NCBI GenBank assembly: GCA_028023455.1
Contig: JAQFVV010000004.1
Coordinates: forward strand, 14,384,001 to 14,448,000
Source of the DNA: Epiperipatus broadwayi
Taxonomy: Eukaryota; Animalia; Onychophora
DNA length: 64,000 nt
Reading direction: 5' to 3'
Made by a program: the position numbers and the translations under genes. Of the stretch, positions 36,498 through 48,918 are shown piece by piece. The stretch's first letter is position 1; every line of letters begins with the position of its first letter. A model generated the notes under the pieces. It saw only the letters and a list, made by a program, of their open reading frames with translations. It was not told the origin of the DNA and made no database searches.

Positions 36498-36859
36498 ATG
36501 AATTCTAAATTTGTAAATTAAAATTTCACAAAATATTAAAAATATAATTAATGATCAAAATATTAGGAATTTTAATTATTAGTTACATATACTGAATCAA
36601 AACATAAATGAATGTTTGATAAGAAATGTTATTAAGTATACTTCAAATTTGTAAATTAAAATTGCAGAAAATATTAGAATACACTTAACATTTCTTATGA
36701 AAATTTTTATTTATTTTTTAATTCAGAATAAATAACTAATAATTAAAACACCTAATATATTGATTATTTATTTATAATTAATTTTAAAAATTTGTAAGAA
36801 ATGTTACTAAGTATATTCTAATATTTTCTGCAATTTTAATTTATAAATTTGAAGTTCAT
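36498..36859. repeat. Complex nested inverted repeat (X-Y'-X-Y-X')
   Basis: 36641-36705 is the reverse complement of 36790-36856. 36550-36640 is the reverse complement of ~36680-36775. The outer ends ATGAATTCTAAATTTG / CAAATTTGAAGTTCAT-like are also inverted. Confidence 0.75.
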
Positions 36860-37489
36860 GAAAACGTTTATAAGTTTATAAAAATAAATAATAAAAAACA
36901 ATTTGATAATTGATCATATATATAAATAATCAATCTGTTGGGATTTATATATATGACTTTTTATCATTTTATTAAGTCTCTAAATTAGTCACAGCTGAAG
37001 TATTTTTAGAATATAAACTTATTCAAGAACCAACTAAATCCAATTATGTTATTGTAATTTACCAGCCATATTTGTAAAGAATCAGTTCAACAAATTTGAA
37101 AACAACACCCACTTCCTCTTATTAATGATAATTTGTTGGGGCTTATCTAACCAATAAATTGACATTAATATGAGTGTGTATGCATTGTTTGCAAGGTTGT
37201 TGAAATGACTGTTTAGGAATCTGATTTGTGAATAATAGTTTAAGTTTAATTTAATATATATTTATATAAAATCAAAGATTTCCATGGGCTACAGGTATAA
37301 ATAAAACATACCCAAGTATATCCGGATATAATTTAATTTCAAACCAACATTTTGGCTAGATCATACTGGTCATTAACTGGGTAACAAATATTATAAATTA
37401 ATTGTAGAGGTACTGTAAACACTGATGTAAACAATAATGAAAACATTCTGTAAATAGAAAATAAAGATATTATTTAGGTTAATGAGTTT

Positions 37490-38070
37490 TTTAAAAAAAA
37501 CTTTCCAAATAGAAGACAATTTTCATGTATCATCATGTTTGTTGATATAATCTGTTTTTTTTTTGAAGATCCCAATGGCTTCTCTTATCTGTAATTGTTG
37601 GAGAATGTCACATCTGGATAGTATTCTCATATTTAAAAAATCAATATATTACCTGTATCTATAGCATGGGAGATAGTGTTGCTGATGATGAATATTTCTT
37701 ATCTGCATTAATATGTTCATCTCTTCTAGTATTGATGTGATCATTATTCATACCTATATAGAAATCTTTACAAGTGTTAAATGAAATTTTATAAACCCCA
37801 TGTGCTTCAAAAGGAATTGAGTCTTTAGACTTGGTTATAATGCTGTTAATTTTTTGGTAAGTAATATATGTTATCTTTATATTACAATGTCTTAGAATAC
37901 ATCCAATATTGTCTGTAGTTCTTTTATATAAGGAATACAAATTCTAATAGTTGTTTTTTTCTTTTTTTTAATTTGATTCTTTAGGGTTTGAATTAAGGCT
38001 TGGTGTACTGTTTTATAATGTTTGATACCCATTTATGACCACTGTGACCTGGTCAAAACATTGGTTTATA
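37490..38070 (-). pseudogene. Penelope-like element ORF C-terminus (GIY-YIG endonuclease)
   Basis: TTDNIGCILRHCNIK...KSKDSIPFEAHGVYKISFNTCKDFYIGM...INTRRDEH. After a frameshift: IDFLNMRIL...QIREAIGI...KLSSIWK. Confidence 0.9.
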
Positions 38071-38206
38071 TATATACATGAATCCAGTATCATGTTTTTT
38101 CAACAGTGTAAACGTAAAATTGATTATACAAATTTTAAGTAAATTTAATTTGCTTTATGTTTTACCTACCATTACCTATATAATTATTTTCATAATTATT
38201 AGATTA

Positions 38207-38544
38207 ATATAATATTAATATCACTTATTTTCTTTATTATTTTTACAATGCTTCATATAATTACAACCCGTATTGATGGTTTCAATTGCCCCAACAATCT
38301 TCTTCTGAACAATAATAAACACAATACAAATATACATGAGTATATTATTTTACATTTTATATATGTTCATGTATATTTGTATTCATGTATTTGTATTGTA
38401 TTTGTTATAGTTCTGAAGAAAATTGCTGGGGCAATCGAAACCGTCAATAGTGGGTTGTAATTATACAAGCATTATAAAAGTAATAAAGAAACTTAATAGG
38501 ATTAATATTACATGGATTTGGCAATGCAATAAGAAATATAAAAC
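38207..38544. mobile_element. ~300-bp palindromic Penelope-like pLTR pair (family P3), hammerhead in each arm
   Basis: 38225-38345 is the reverse complement of ~38370-38495. Candidate TSD TATTAGATTA at 38197-38206 and 38545-38554. There is a ~32-nt tail on the right only. Confidence 0.75.
38409..38449 (+). ncRNA. Minimal hammerhead ribozyme (P3)
   Basis: CTGAAGA A AATTGC-TGGG-GCAATC GAAA CCGTC AATA, with a GUC cleavage triplet. The mirror copy (minus strand, ~38270-38310) reads CAGAAGA A GATTG-TTGGGG-CAATT GAAA CCATC. Confidence 0.75.
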
Positions 38545-39454
38545 TATTAGATTATTCAGATTTTTTTTCCTTTTATTTTATTTTGTAATTAACTTAAATA
38601 AAATGAAAAAATTATTATCATAAATCTATTTATAGATATTCTAAAAACAAATATTTGTTTTAATTAAAACAACAAATTTAATTAAATACAACAAATATAG
38701 AATATTTTTAATTTAAACATTTTTTATATGAAAAAAGTAATTTCCCTATGATATTCTTAACATTATCTCAAAAATTAGATTTTTTTTCTTCTATAAGTCT
38801 ATCAATTAAAACTTTTAGAAATATACAACAAGAATAATAAACTTTAATTTTTAAAAAAAGAAAGAAAGACTAAGATTGCCTACACTATGAAAATTCATTG
38901 TCTGTTGCCGAATAAATATTAAAGACTTTTGCTGCAAGCATAGGTATTATATTCTAAGGGCATAAAACAAAATTCATTGGGATCTATTCATTTATTTTAT
39001 TTTTTAAAAAATTCAAAGTAGATTTATAATTAACATTATTCTTTTTTATTGCATTAATTGCAGCCTCAGCAATAATATTTTATATCAATTTTTTTAACAT
39101 TCTAGGAATTTATCATTTATTAATTTCAGTATATTGAGACTATCTGAGAAATACTTTGTTCGAACCTACATTAAAAGAAAAATTATTTGATCCCTTTCAC
39201 TTAACTTTCCGATAATACATATTTATTCGATAAAGTATTATCCAGGGAAATCTAAAAGAATAAAAAAATTGTTTAGAGAATGTAACGACTTTTGTTTTTT
39301 AAAAAAGGCACAAGCATATTTTTTCACAAAAAATTATTCCAAATCTTTTTTTATGTTTTACTTAGGAATTTTTGCTACGAATTTAATAAAAGTTTTCAAG
39401 ATTTTATGTCTCATTTTTTTATTTAGTTAAATTCAACTTTTGAGAGTTAGTCAA

Positions 39455-39554
39455 GCATTGATGGTTGAGAGGTCAGTGACAGCTGCTTTACAAGCAGTTG
39501 TTCCGGGTTAGCGGGTTCGCTTTCCGGCTGATGCTATGACACATGGAAAAAAAA
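39455..39554 (+). mobile_element. S1 SINE, full length
   Basis: GCATTGATGGTTGAGAGG...GATGCTATGACACATGG-A8. Candidate TSD AACTTTTGAGAG / AACATTTGAGAG. Confidence 0.92.
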
Positions 39555-40206
39555 CATTTGAGAGAGAGGCTCATTGGCCACATATGGAGCAGTGAGAAAA
39601 GTTAAATTTGAAAAAAAAAAATTAGCACAACTCTCTGTACTGAAATCAAAACTACGTGTTTAGTTCTGGGATTTTATGCTTACATTATAAACTAATTAAA
39701 TGTAATTTAAAATAAGGTTTTATCATACAGTATTATAAACTAATTAAATGTAATTCAAAATTAAGATCATCTAACAGTAGAATAATGATTATTGATTTAG
39801 TTATAAGTGTTTATAATAATTACTAGATACTTAAAAATTTTCATTCAAATTTTATATATATATTTATTTATTAACTTTTAAAATTTTAAACTTATTTAAA
39901 TTCATGCTTGTGTTTAGAATAATAGTCAAATCATAATACGTAACAACTTCCATACTATTAGATAAGAAAATTTCTTCAAATAAATAAAGTGCTTGATTCA
40001 GACTTTGTGTTTCTAAATTCAGATTGAGCTGTTAAAACAGTAGCATTGGTTATATTCTACTACTACACTTTAATTTCATCTAACTTTATGAATTTTTTAA
40101 ATAAATTATTCCCATTTTGAGTCTTCAGTATTAAATACCAATGTCAATATTTAATATTTCTTTGTAATTATTCAAATTTCATTTATTTCTATAATTTATA
40201 TTTAGA

Positions 40207-40380
40207 AGGTTTGGCTCAGTTGGTTAGATCATTACCCCAAAATTCAGCACTCAGGTATCTAAGGCTCCAGGTTCGATTCCCATGCTAGTATTGGCATTGG
40301 TCAGCACCTGAAAAAGAGGGGAGAATAAAACCTCTCAAAATGTTATTCATATACTAACCTGTGTGATATCACTAACAGTT
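40207..40380 (+). mobile_element. Second tRNA-derived SINE family (S2), decayed
   Basis: A box TGGCTCAGTTGG (40212-40223) and B box GGTTCGATTCC (40270-40280), followed by a non-tRNA body. The 3' boundary is uncertain. Confidence 0.6.
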
Positions 40381-40482
40381 GAATGTATTTGGAATATTGA
40401 AAAAGTTAAATTTTTCTAAAGATATTTAATACTTATATTAGATGATGAAAATAATCCAATATATAAATATAATTAATTATTA

Positions 40483-41290
40483 GAAGTTCACCTTGCAATA
40501 GACTGCAATACCAATCAAGTGCTGCAAGATCAATCAACCGTAAGCCAACCCTACTCAAGCCATTAAGAAAATAATACAAATACACATTTAATCATTACTG
40601 ATCCAGGCACACTAAATAATGCCAGTCATCATCTAAGCCTCAAAGATCCTGAGTCCAACTGCCTAGTGGAATACATGCACATCCATGATCTTACTACTAC
40701 AATGTCAAACAATATTAATGATATTGTTGTAGACTCTAACCAGGTGGATCCACATCAGGCATACAACTTATCTACCACATCACATCCCGCATTTGGCACA
40801 GCCAATTCTGAAACAGAATCAAACCAAAATACTATCAATCTAGCAGATCAAATCACTTACATCTATGAATAAAACATCAGCCCATACCATGGAAACACTT
40901 GCACATTGCCTTCCCCTCGTGGAACCAGCTTCAACAGAGGTCAGATCATTTGGATGACTAAAACAGAAACAACAAACAAAGGGAGTCAAAACAGAAAAAG
41001 TTGTTATTTCAGACATAATGATCAGCCCTCCACCAACAGATCTCATACCAATGAATCTCTCACACAATAAAGAATTTATCATGCCTATCAACTGAATAGA
41101 GATATATTCAATACCCACAGATATCACAGTATAACAAAGATATCTTGGCCAATCTTTACTCAGATGGATATGGGACCTCATTGTATCCAGCCATGACAAT
41201 ACACCAAATAATACACTATTAAAACCACCACCTGCCATCCATGTCTTCCATCCATAGAACCAGCCTCAACAGAGATCAAAACACAAAACA
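40483..41290 (+). other. GC-richer island with a decayed ~240-codon N/T/S/H-rich reading frame, origin unknown
   Basis: The frame of ORF 40666-40872 stays open from 40483 to ~41200 except for three TAA codons. The motif GAACCAGC(T/C)TCAACAGAG occurs at ~40922 and ~41258. Confidence 0.4.
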
Positions 41291-42020
41291 CCAAATAAGA
41301 AATGATAACCATATAAAGAAATTATTAAATCACTTTGAATCTTAAATCCTTCTAAGTGTTTTGTATATATTATTAGCTATATTAATTTATTTCATTTTAA
41401 TATAGTAAATAAATTCATCATTGAAATTTCCAAATAGCACTGCTTTTAATTTTATATTATATGCATTAAAATTATAGCAATTTCCACTTTTTTAATGTGA
41501 AATATTTAAACTACAAATATTTTTTTCCTTTTCTGTACTAATGTAATACACAACTGTTAATGAAAACATCTACAGAGAGATAGTTTTTTTTAAAAAAAAT
41601 TCAAATTTATTACTGCCTATAATGCTTTCAATATAACTGTATATCATATTCATGGCTTATAGTAATAGTTTTGTGATTCTTAGATAGAAAACATATAATA
41701 ATAAATATTATGACTTGGCCAATAAACCATAGATAAAATTATATATTTCTATGAATAATTCAACCAAATCATTTCTGCTGTTTCTTTTTTAATACTTTTT
41801 GTATAAATAGTAAATTTCTTTTATACAAGTACTTTACTATATTTTAGCCATGGAAACCAAAACTTGATTTTTTTAATGATAACTCACAATCATACAGCTA
41901 TGCAAGTCTCAAAATTATATAAATCAATTCTCAACAATAATAAGATGATGTACTAATACTCATTTCTATCATTACACTTGATAAAATATTCAAAATCATT
42001 TATAAATAAATAACAAAAAC

Positions 42021-42184
42021 GTAAGTTTGTGGTTAAGACCTGTAGAGGTCCCTACTATCGCATTTTTACGTGCACATTCTTGTGGTTACAGCTTAGTAAA
42101 TAGTACTTACCCAATCAATGTGCATTTAAATAAATTTATAATTACTTACGTAATCAATGTGTGTTTAAATAAATTTATAATTAT
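42021..42184 (+). mobile_element. Truncated family P2 copy with tandemly duplicated 39-bp tail
   Basis: GTAAG.TTGTG..TTAAGACCTGTAGAGGTCCCTACTATCGCATTTT matches ~12100-12150. The tail TTAC..AATCAATGTG..TTTAAATAAATTTATAATTA(C/T) occurs at 42107-42145 and 42146-42184. Confidence 0.82.
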
Positions 42185-43014
42185 CATTTAATATAAAATA
42201 ATAATAAAAACAGAATTCTGCAATTAGAACACATCCATACTTTTAAATATTTAAATATACATTATTAAATACGGGTCTTTATTTGTCAAAACTATTCTTG
42301 TTTTATATTTAGGGAAAACTATATTTGTGATTTTAATATTTAAATTGAAGTAGTCCAACATTATTAGTAATATTATTTTATGAAATAAATTATTTGCTAA
42401 ATGGTTTTGCAAATTTTTTGAAATATATAATCACAATTTTATGAAATAGTTCATAAAATGATTGAAGTTTTTTTTTTTAAAGAATTTTATTTTTATATAT
42501 AATTAATCTGTACATTTTTTTAATATTAAAAGCAATTCCATTTATTACAAAGTTATTTTTAATTTTTAAACTATCTTTAATAATGTGTAAACATATTTAC
42601 TATTTTTGTGCTAAATATCCATGCTAAATCTGAGTATATTAAAAAAAAGAAAATAACATTAATACCATGAAATTACTATACAAGATTATGTGATAAAGGT
42701 AACATTTTATTTACTTTTTTTATTTCATAAGGCCTCAATCTAATAAATTAGTGGAAGTATATAGTTATAAAAAAATAAATAATAGAAATCAAGACTAACT
42801 AAGTTAGATTATTCCGTGAATCTCTTTGATGAGATATTACGAATGTAAACACACTGTTGCTGTAGGAATATTGAGGCATAACTTTAGCCTCAAGTGTAAA
42901 TCTGCAGAACGATTATAGAATGAATAAGACTATCAGATTTATTTAAATTATCATTTTACTATCAGATATTGATCAAATGTAAGCAAATGCCACACATCAA
43001 CAATTTCATATATT

Positions 43015-43017
<3 letters not shown>

Positions 43018-43099
<82 letters not shown>

Positions 43100-43138
43100 A
43101 ATGATGATGATGATGATGAAGATAATAATAATAATAGT
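43018..43138. repeat. Compound microsatellite (TAA)n(TGA)n(TAA)n
   Basis: Directly visible; it explains the poly-I/poly-M ORF 42969-43169. Confidence 0.95.
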
Positions 43139-46100
43139 AAATCATTTAGTTATTGTTGCTTTAAATTAAATAAGATGTCAATGAAATATTGATAAAAAAT
43201 GTATTTACTATCATTTACAACTGACTTTAAAATTTAAAAACAAAACGTGAAATTGACACCTGTTCTAATATAAAATAAGAAGAAAAACTTTAAAACGTGG
43301 TAATGTTTATTCTATTAGAAAATAACATTTAAGTTAATTTAGTAGAGAAATTACAAACAGCATAGAAGACTAATGACAAGAAATGAGAAATGGAATAAAT
43401 CCCTTTTTTTTCATTAACTGTATTTGCAAGAAACTCATAACCTCTCTCTCATAACTGGTTCACAAATATCTAACTGTTCAATGCAAGTAAAACAATTGGA
43501 AACCTAGACTTTGATGCAGTTCAACTTATAGCGTGGTAATTTTGATGCATCATTTATAAAAAAAAGAGAGAAGAAAAACAATTAATTCCAAGGGTAGCGT
43601 GATAAATTTAGAAATAAAATAGAAAACAAACACATATATTATTGGATTGCTTTATACCAATTACATTGCCTGATTTAATTTATATAAACAAAATGCATAA
43701 ATATAAATATTAAGTTTCCTATACATATTCAATGCACATTGATGAGTGCACGTTTACCCAAAAATCAATGAAATATTGGCATTGTCTCTATAGAAGATGA
43801 ATTTACATAGATTAAAATGAGCAGAATTTATTCAAATATTTTGATTTGACTAATAAAAAATATAGCTTAATAGTGTATTATATATAACCTTAAAAGAAAT
43901 AGAAATGGAAGTAATTAGTAAATAAATTATTTTTATAAAAATACTTAGTGTGTCCAAAACAATATCATACATGATGATATTTATATTGTACTTATTTGCA
44001 TTTGTTTTATATGTGAAACAAATAGGAGGTCAATGAAATATTTTATTATATAATACTAATATTCAAATTTTGGACTATTTGAGAAATAAGCAATATCGAA
44101 TATTCAATTAAAATACCTCACTATTTTTGTATATGAATATGCTTACAAGTAATACATCGCACATAAGATACTATTTGAATGAGGAAGATTGAAAATAATA
44201 AGTTAATATGTTCTCATTTTTAGAGTAATTTTGTGTCACTGTGATAATATTAATTTTTCTGAAATTAATAGAAAATATTAAGAAAATATTAAGTTTTATA
44301 GGAAGATTATAAATTATACATCTATCAGATAATTAATCATCTATTTATTTATTTATTATTGTCATTCAATTGTCTTTTGTTATGTTATTTATATTTACGT
44401 AAATAAATTTATTGTTATATTTATTTGGTGGTTTTATTTCAATTCATTCATTCATTCATCGATTTAGGTATCTTATTTTGGTATTGATAAAAATCATAAG
44501 AGTCAAACATTATAATTATTATAATTATGTGTTTTGCAATTCATCAATGACTCTATTAACTTGGATAATATAGTGATTAGAATCTAGTATTAGGATCTAA
44601 TGTGATAACCATCATAAGCTAGTGTAACAGGTAAAAAAACCAGTAGAGTAGATTTTAGATAAATATCCAGATTTATGTGAAGTTCAAGAATTAGAATTAT
44701 TTGTAAGATTGATTAAATATAAATCTTAGTGACATAGATAATCAAGCTTAGTTTATATATGTATTCTTTTCATATTTGAGTCACCTATAAGTAGTAGATT
44801 ATATTGATAATTGATAGTTGAATCATATGCTTTTCTCTTCCTCTTTCATTTTTTCTCATTACAATATATACATATATATTATAACCTAAAGTTCAAGTTG
44901 CAATCAGGTAGGAGCAAGAGATGACCGGTTGAGACAAGTGTGTTTTATATAGAAGTGTATTTACGATTGGTTATGTACTTACAAAAGTAAATTAAAATGA
45001 ATATATGCTTTATCTCCACACAAAATAAATGTTAATGCAGTTTCAGAATTTAATAATACAAAAAATTTAAGATAAATAGATTTCTTAGGGTATTCTTGTA
45101 TCTATATGATAATAATCTTAAATGTATTCTTAAACAAACATTTTCTATATGATATTTATTTATGAAGAACTACTTTAATATAAATTAATATGTATTATAA
45201 ATTAAACCTAGTAATTTTAATTTTAAATATAATGTTCAACCCATTGTTTATCTCAGGGTTATTAAATCAATCTTAATCATTTAAATAAAATAATAAAAAT
45301 ATGTATGGATGTAAAGTTTATTTATTAATTCTAGATACAAAAAAATGTACAAAGGGAAATTTATTGTACATATCTTATATTACTAATTTATATTTCAGAT
45401 AGCAATAGTAACAATAAATGGTGTATGAAATTTAAATAAATTTATATGTAATTCAGCAGATTAAAAGTATGACTTTTTCGTAAATGCAAAGATGATGATT
45501 TCAATGATGTCAAAATAGATATATTAAATATAAAAATTGTTTTATTACAAAATAACAAGAATATAAACAAAAATAATAAAAACTAAAAGTGAGCAATAAC
45601 AAATGTTCTATAATAATAATCAATAAATACATTCATGTTTGTTCTCTAATAATAATATAATCTTGGGATACATCTATGTGTTTACCATTCTATTAGAGAG
45701 AATTGAATGATATTTAAATAAATCTTAATTTTAAATACTAGAGGATAATAATGTTTTATAATGTCCTTAATTATTTTGGGTAACAATAATCAATAAATTA
45801 CCACACTTGCTAGTTCTGTCATTCTTTTAAAATAGATAAAATTATTTGCTCAGCATTCCTAAATAATATACAAAATACATAGCTTTATTTATTATACATT
45901 AGTATCTTTTACAAGAATAACTTACCAAGCTTCTATATTATTTATAGTTTTAATAATTAGTTAGAAGTATACCTCTACTAACAAATATAATTTATTTTAT
46001 TCATATCACCAGAATTCTTTAATGCATAATATAGAGTTTTAAAACTAATACAAATATCCTAAGCACTATGCACATAAACATTTTTAGTGATTTAATTATT

Positions 46101-48121
46101 TACTTAAAAAAGATTAGATTCCTATAGATCGTAGGCTAAATTTAAGGATTAATAAAATATATAATAAATTAAATATAAACAGGTTATATAAGTTAAAAGT
46201 TAGTTTTTAAATACAACCTGACTCCAATATAAAAATATAAATCACATACATTACACCCTATTCAATATCATTAATAAAATATATAAAGTAGTTATATGTT
46301 TCAGTATTATATTGAGAACTTTATTATTTATTTATTACACTAATAATAATAACTATAATTAAATAGCAAGGCAATCATAACAAAGTTTATTTTAAATAGC
46401 CCATCGATTCTTAATCTGACTGCTATGAACAATTGAAAATTATTCTATGGAAATATTTACATTTTGCAAAATATCCCAATGTTTTAAAATTCACCAGAAA
46501 TATCTTAATAAAAGCATCAGATATTAAATTATAAGCACATGGTAATTCATTTTGTAGATTTAATCCTTAGTGTCACTTAAATACCATTATTTAATAAAAA
46601 TTCATTACACACATTTGGTAATCCGATTCTGATTACATAGGTAACACACTAATCTATTTAGGATGTTTTTTGGTCACTTTGACATTTATAATATTTTCAT
46701 ATTGTGGGATTTATAATCCTAAATTTATTTTTAAAGCACTGATGCTGAATTGTAGTTTTTTATGTAACAAAAGAAAATGTTTTAAACCACTTGCAGATTT
46801 GTATCCATATGGTTTGGGTGTTTGCATATACTTAATCCATTTTTATATAGTTACAGTCATTTTAAAATGTAATAAGATCAAGCAAATAAATTACAATCCA
46901 TAGACAAATTAACTTCACTGTTTTTTCCTTAATAATTCAGAATTTTTTCCAAGCACTCAATTTTATATGACTTTATAGACAAGTGAAATGATTGAAATTA
47001 TTATAAGCATCCAATAAATAGTTTTTCAAAATGTTCAATAATAGTTAAAAGCAATAAATTAAATTTTCTTGAAAATGGCATTTAGTGATAACCCTTTGTT
47101 TATTGTGTGTTGTTGTTTATCCATGTCAATTTGAGAAAAAGAAAACATTTTGCCAAGCTAGGCAAAATGCCAGAATGAGTTGATCTACTTGGTCATGCTG
47201 GAAATGATGATATCAAAATGGCTATGTTAATAATTTAATTTTACTGGATCATTGATGCATTGTAATTTTATTAAGATTAATAGGATTTTTTAAGCAACAC
47301 TATTTATACTTTCTGGTCAGCTAATATGTTAATTGGTCATGATTTCCCAACATGCTTTTATATTTTCTGGTTTTTTCAGGCAAAACTGGAAAACTGTCAT
47401 GATGATACAGAGTAAACAGAAGAGGAAAATTGTCTATGCTTATTTTAAGTGCCAAAATTTTTAGACACAGCCCAAAATGAAGGGCAAAAAATTAATATCA
47501 ACTTTTTAATCACTTCATTTTGATTTAACTCAAAATAAATTTTACAATCATTTATTTTGAACAACTAAATAATTTATATTACCCCTTTTAAAGTTCTCAA
47601 ATCTTTATTTTTATTAAATTAAAATACCTTTAATTAAATTATGGTAACAACAAACAAAAGTATTTAATTTATTAATTTTACATTTATAAATTGACCAAAT
47701 CAAAACATATAAAATCTCATGCATACACACATTTTACATGAACTATTAGCTCTATTGTTTTTTAATAGTTAATGTAGAACTTATTTTAAATATTCTGTTT
47801 TAATAAGTTTGATTTATTGCTCTATTCTGTATATCTTTATAAAATGTTCATGTGTGTGTGTGTGTGTGTGTGGATGCTCTTTAAAAAAAAAAGAAAAAAC
47901 AGATACATATATTTTGTGCGATTAACGACAGGCTTGGAAGACATTTTAAATACTTTCTAAAATTATATTTTCTTTTAGACAGTAATATATGAGACTTTTG
48001 AATTTAATTTTGACCATATTATCTACTATCTGATCAATGATAGTGGTGAATTTATTTCTCTTAACTGGAAAATGCAATCCAAAAAAATTTATACAAGTTT
48101 TAGCTATATTATATTTATATA

Positions 48122-48660
48122 TTGTATCAATAATTTCAATCTCTGTGGTCATGTTGCAATCTTTAGTACTTATATAATTATATGGGATCATAAATAAAGG
48201 TGGAATTTCATTTTTATTGTTAAAAGGAAGTTGCCTTGACAATAGTTGGAAGTTGTTGATTATTTATATTGGGATTGTCTAAGTGTGATTGGTTTCTAAT
48301 GTTTACTTAAAAACCCATTTAGCCTTGAGTAGTATTACACTTATTATTTAAGTAATACTTTGGGTGCAATTTGAAAATTATAATTGCAATTTGTAATATT
48401 ATAATTGACTATTTATTAGTCTGCATTCAGAATAAGTTATATTTACTTTTAAGGAGGTTTTTTTAAACTTCTTTGTATCAACAATTTCAATCTCTGTTAT
48501 CAAGTTGCAATCTTTAGTGTCTATATAAATATATAGGATCATAAATAATGGTGGTATTCCACCTTTATTGTTAAAAGGAGGTTGCTATGACAATAGTTTG
48601 AAATTGCTGATTGTTATCTGTATTGGGATTGTCTAATTGTTGACTGGTTACTAATGGTTA
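48122..48660. repeat. ~185-bp diverged direct repeat, 351-bp period
   Basis: 48122-48306 aligns with 48473-48660 (TTGTATCAA.AATTTCAATCTCTGT...GGATCATAAATAA.GGTGG...TTGGGATTGTCTAA). Confidence 0.85.
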
Positions 48661-48882
48661 TATATATATAATATAAATAAAATGTCCGTTTGTTAAAACA
48701 AAATTGTAATTATAATTGAAATAATAAATTTAACGGTTTACAAATATTATAAATAATTCTTAATTTAATGGCCGTTGAGGCAAGTTTAAGAAATTAACAG
48801 AAAGTACTTCTGTGGATTTAAGAATTGTTTATAATAGTTTGTAAACCATTAAATTTATTATTTCAATTATATATATATCTTT

Positions 48883-48918
48883 CTGATGAAAACCAGTCCT
48901 CTGGTTGAAATATAATAT
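48883..48918 (+). ncRNA. Isolated hammerhead-like core
   Basis: CTGATGA A AACCAG-TCCT-CTGGTT GAAA with a perfect 6-bp stem II. Stems I and III are not convincing. Confidence 0.5.

Noticed and set aside
42969-43169. Poly-Ile/poly-Met ORF
   Set aside because: It is the translation of a (TAA)n(TGA)n microsatellite.
47370-47420. Host exon after TTTTTCAG (AKLENCHDDTE*)
   Set aside because: The acceptor is plausible but the frame is very short with no support. The same applies to the candidate near 51640.
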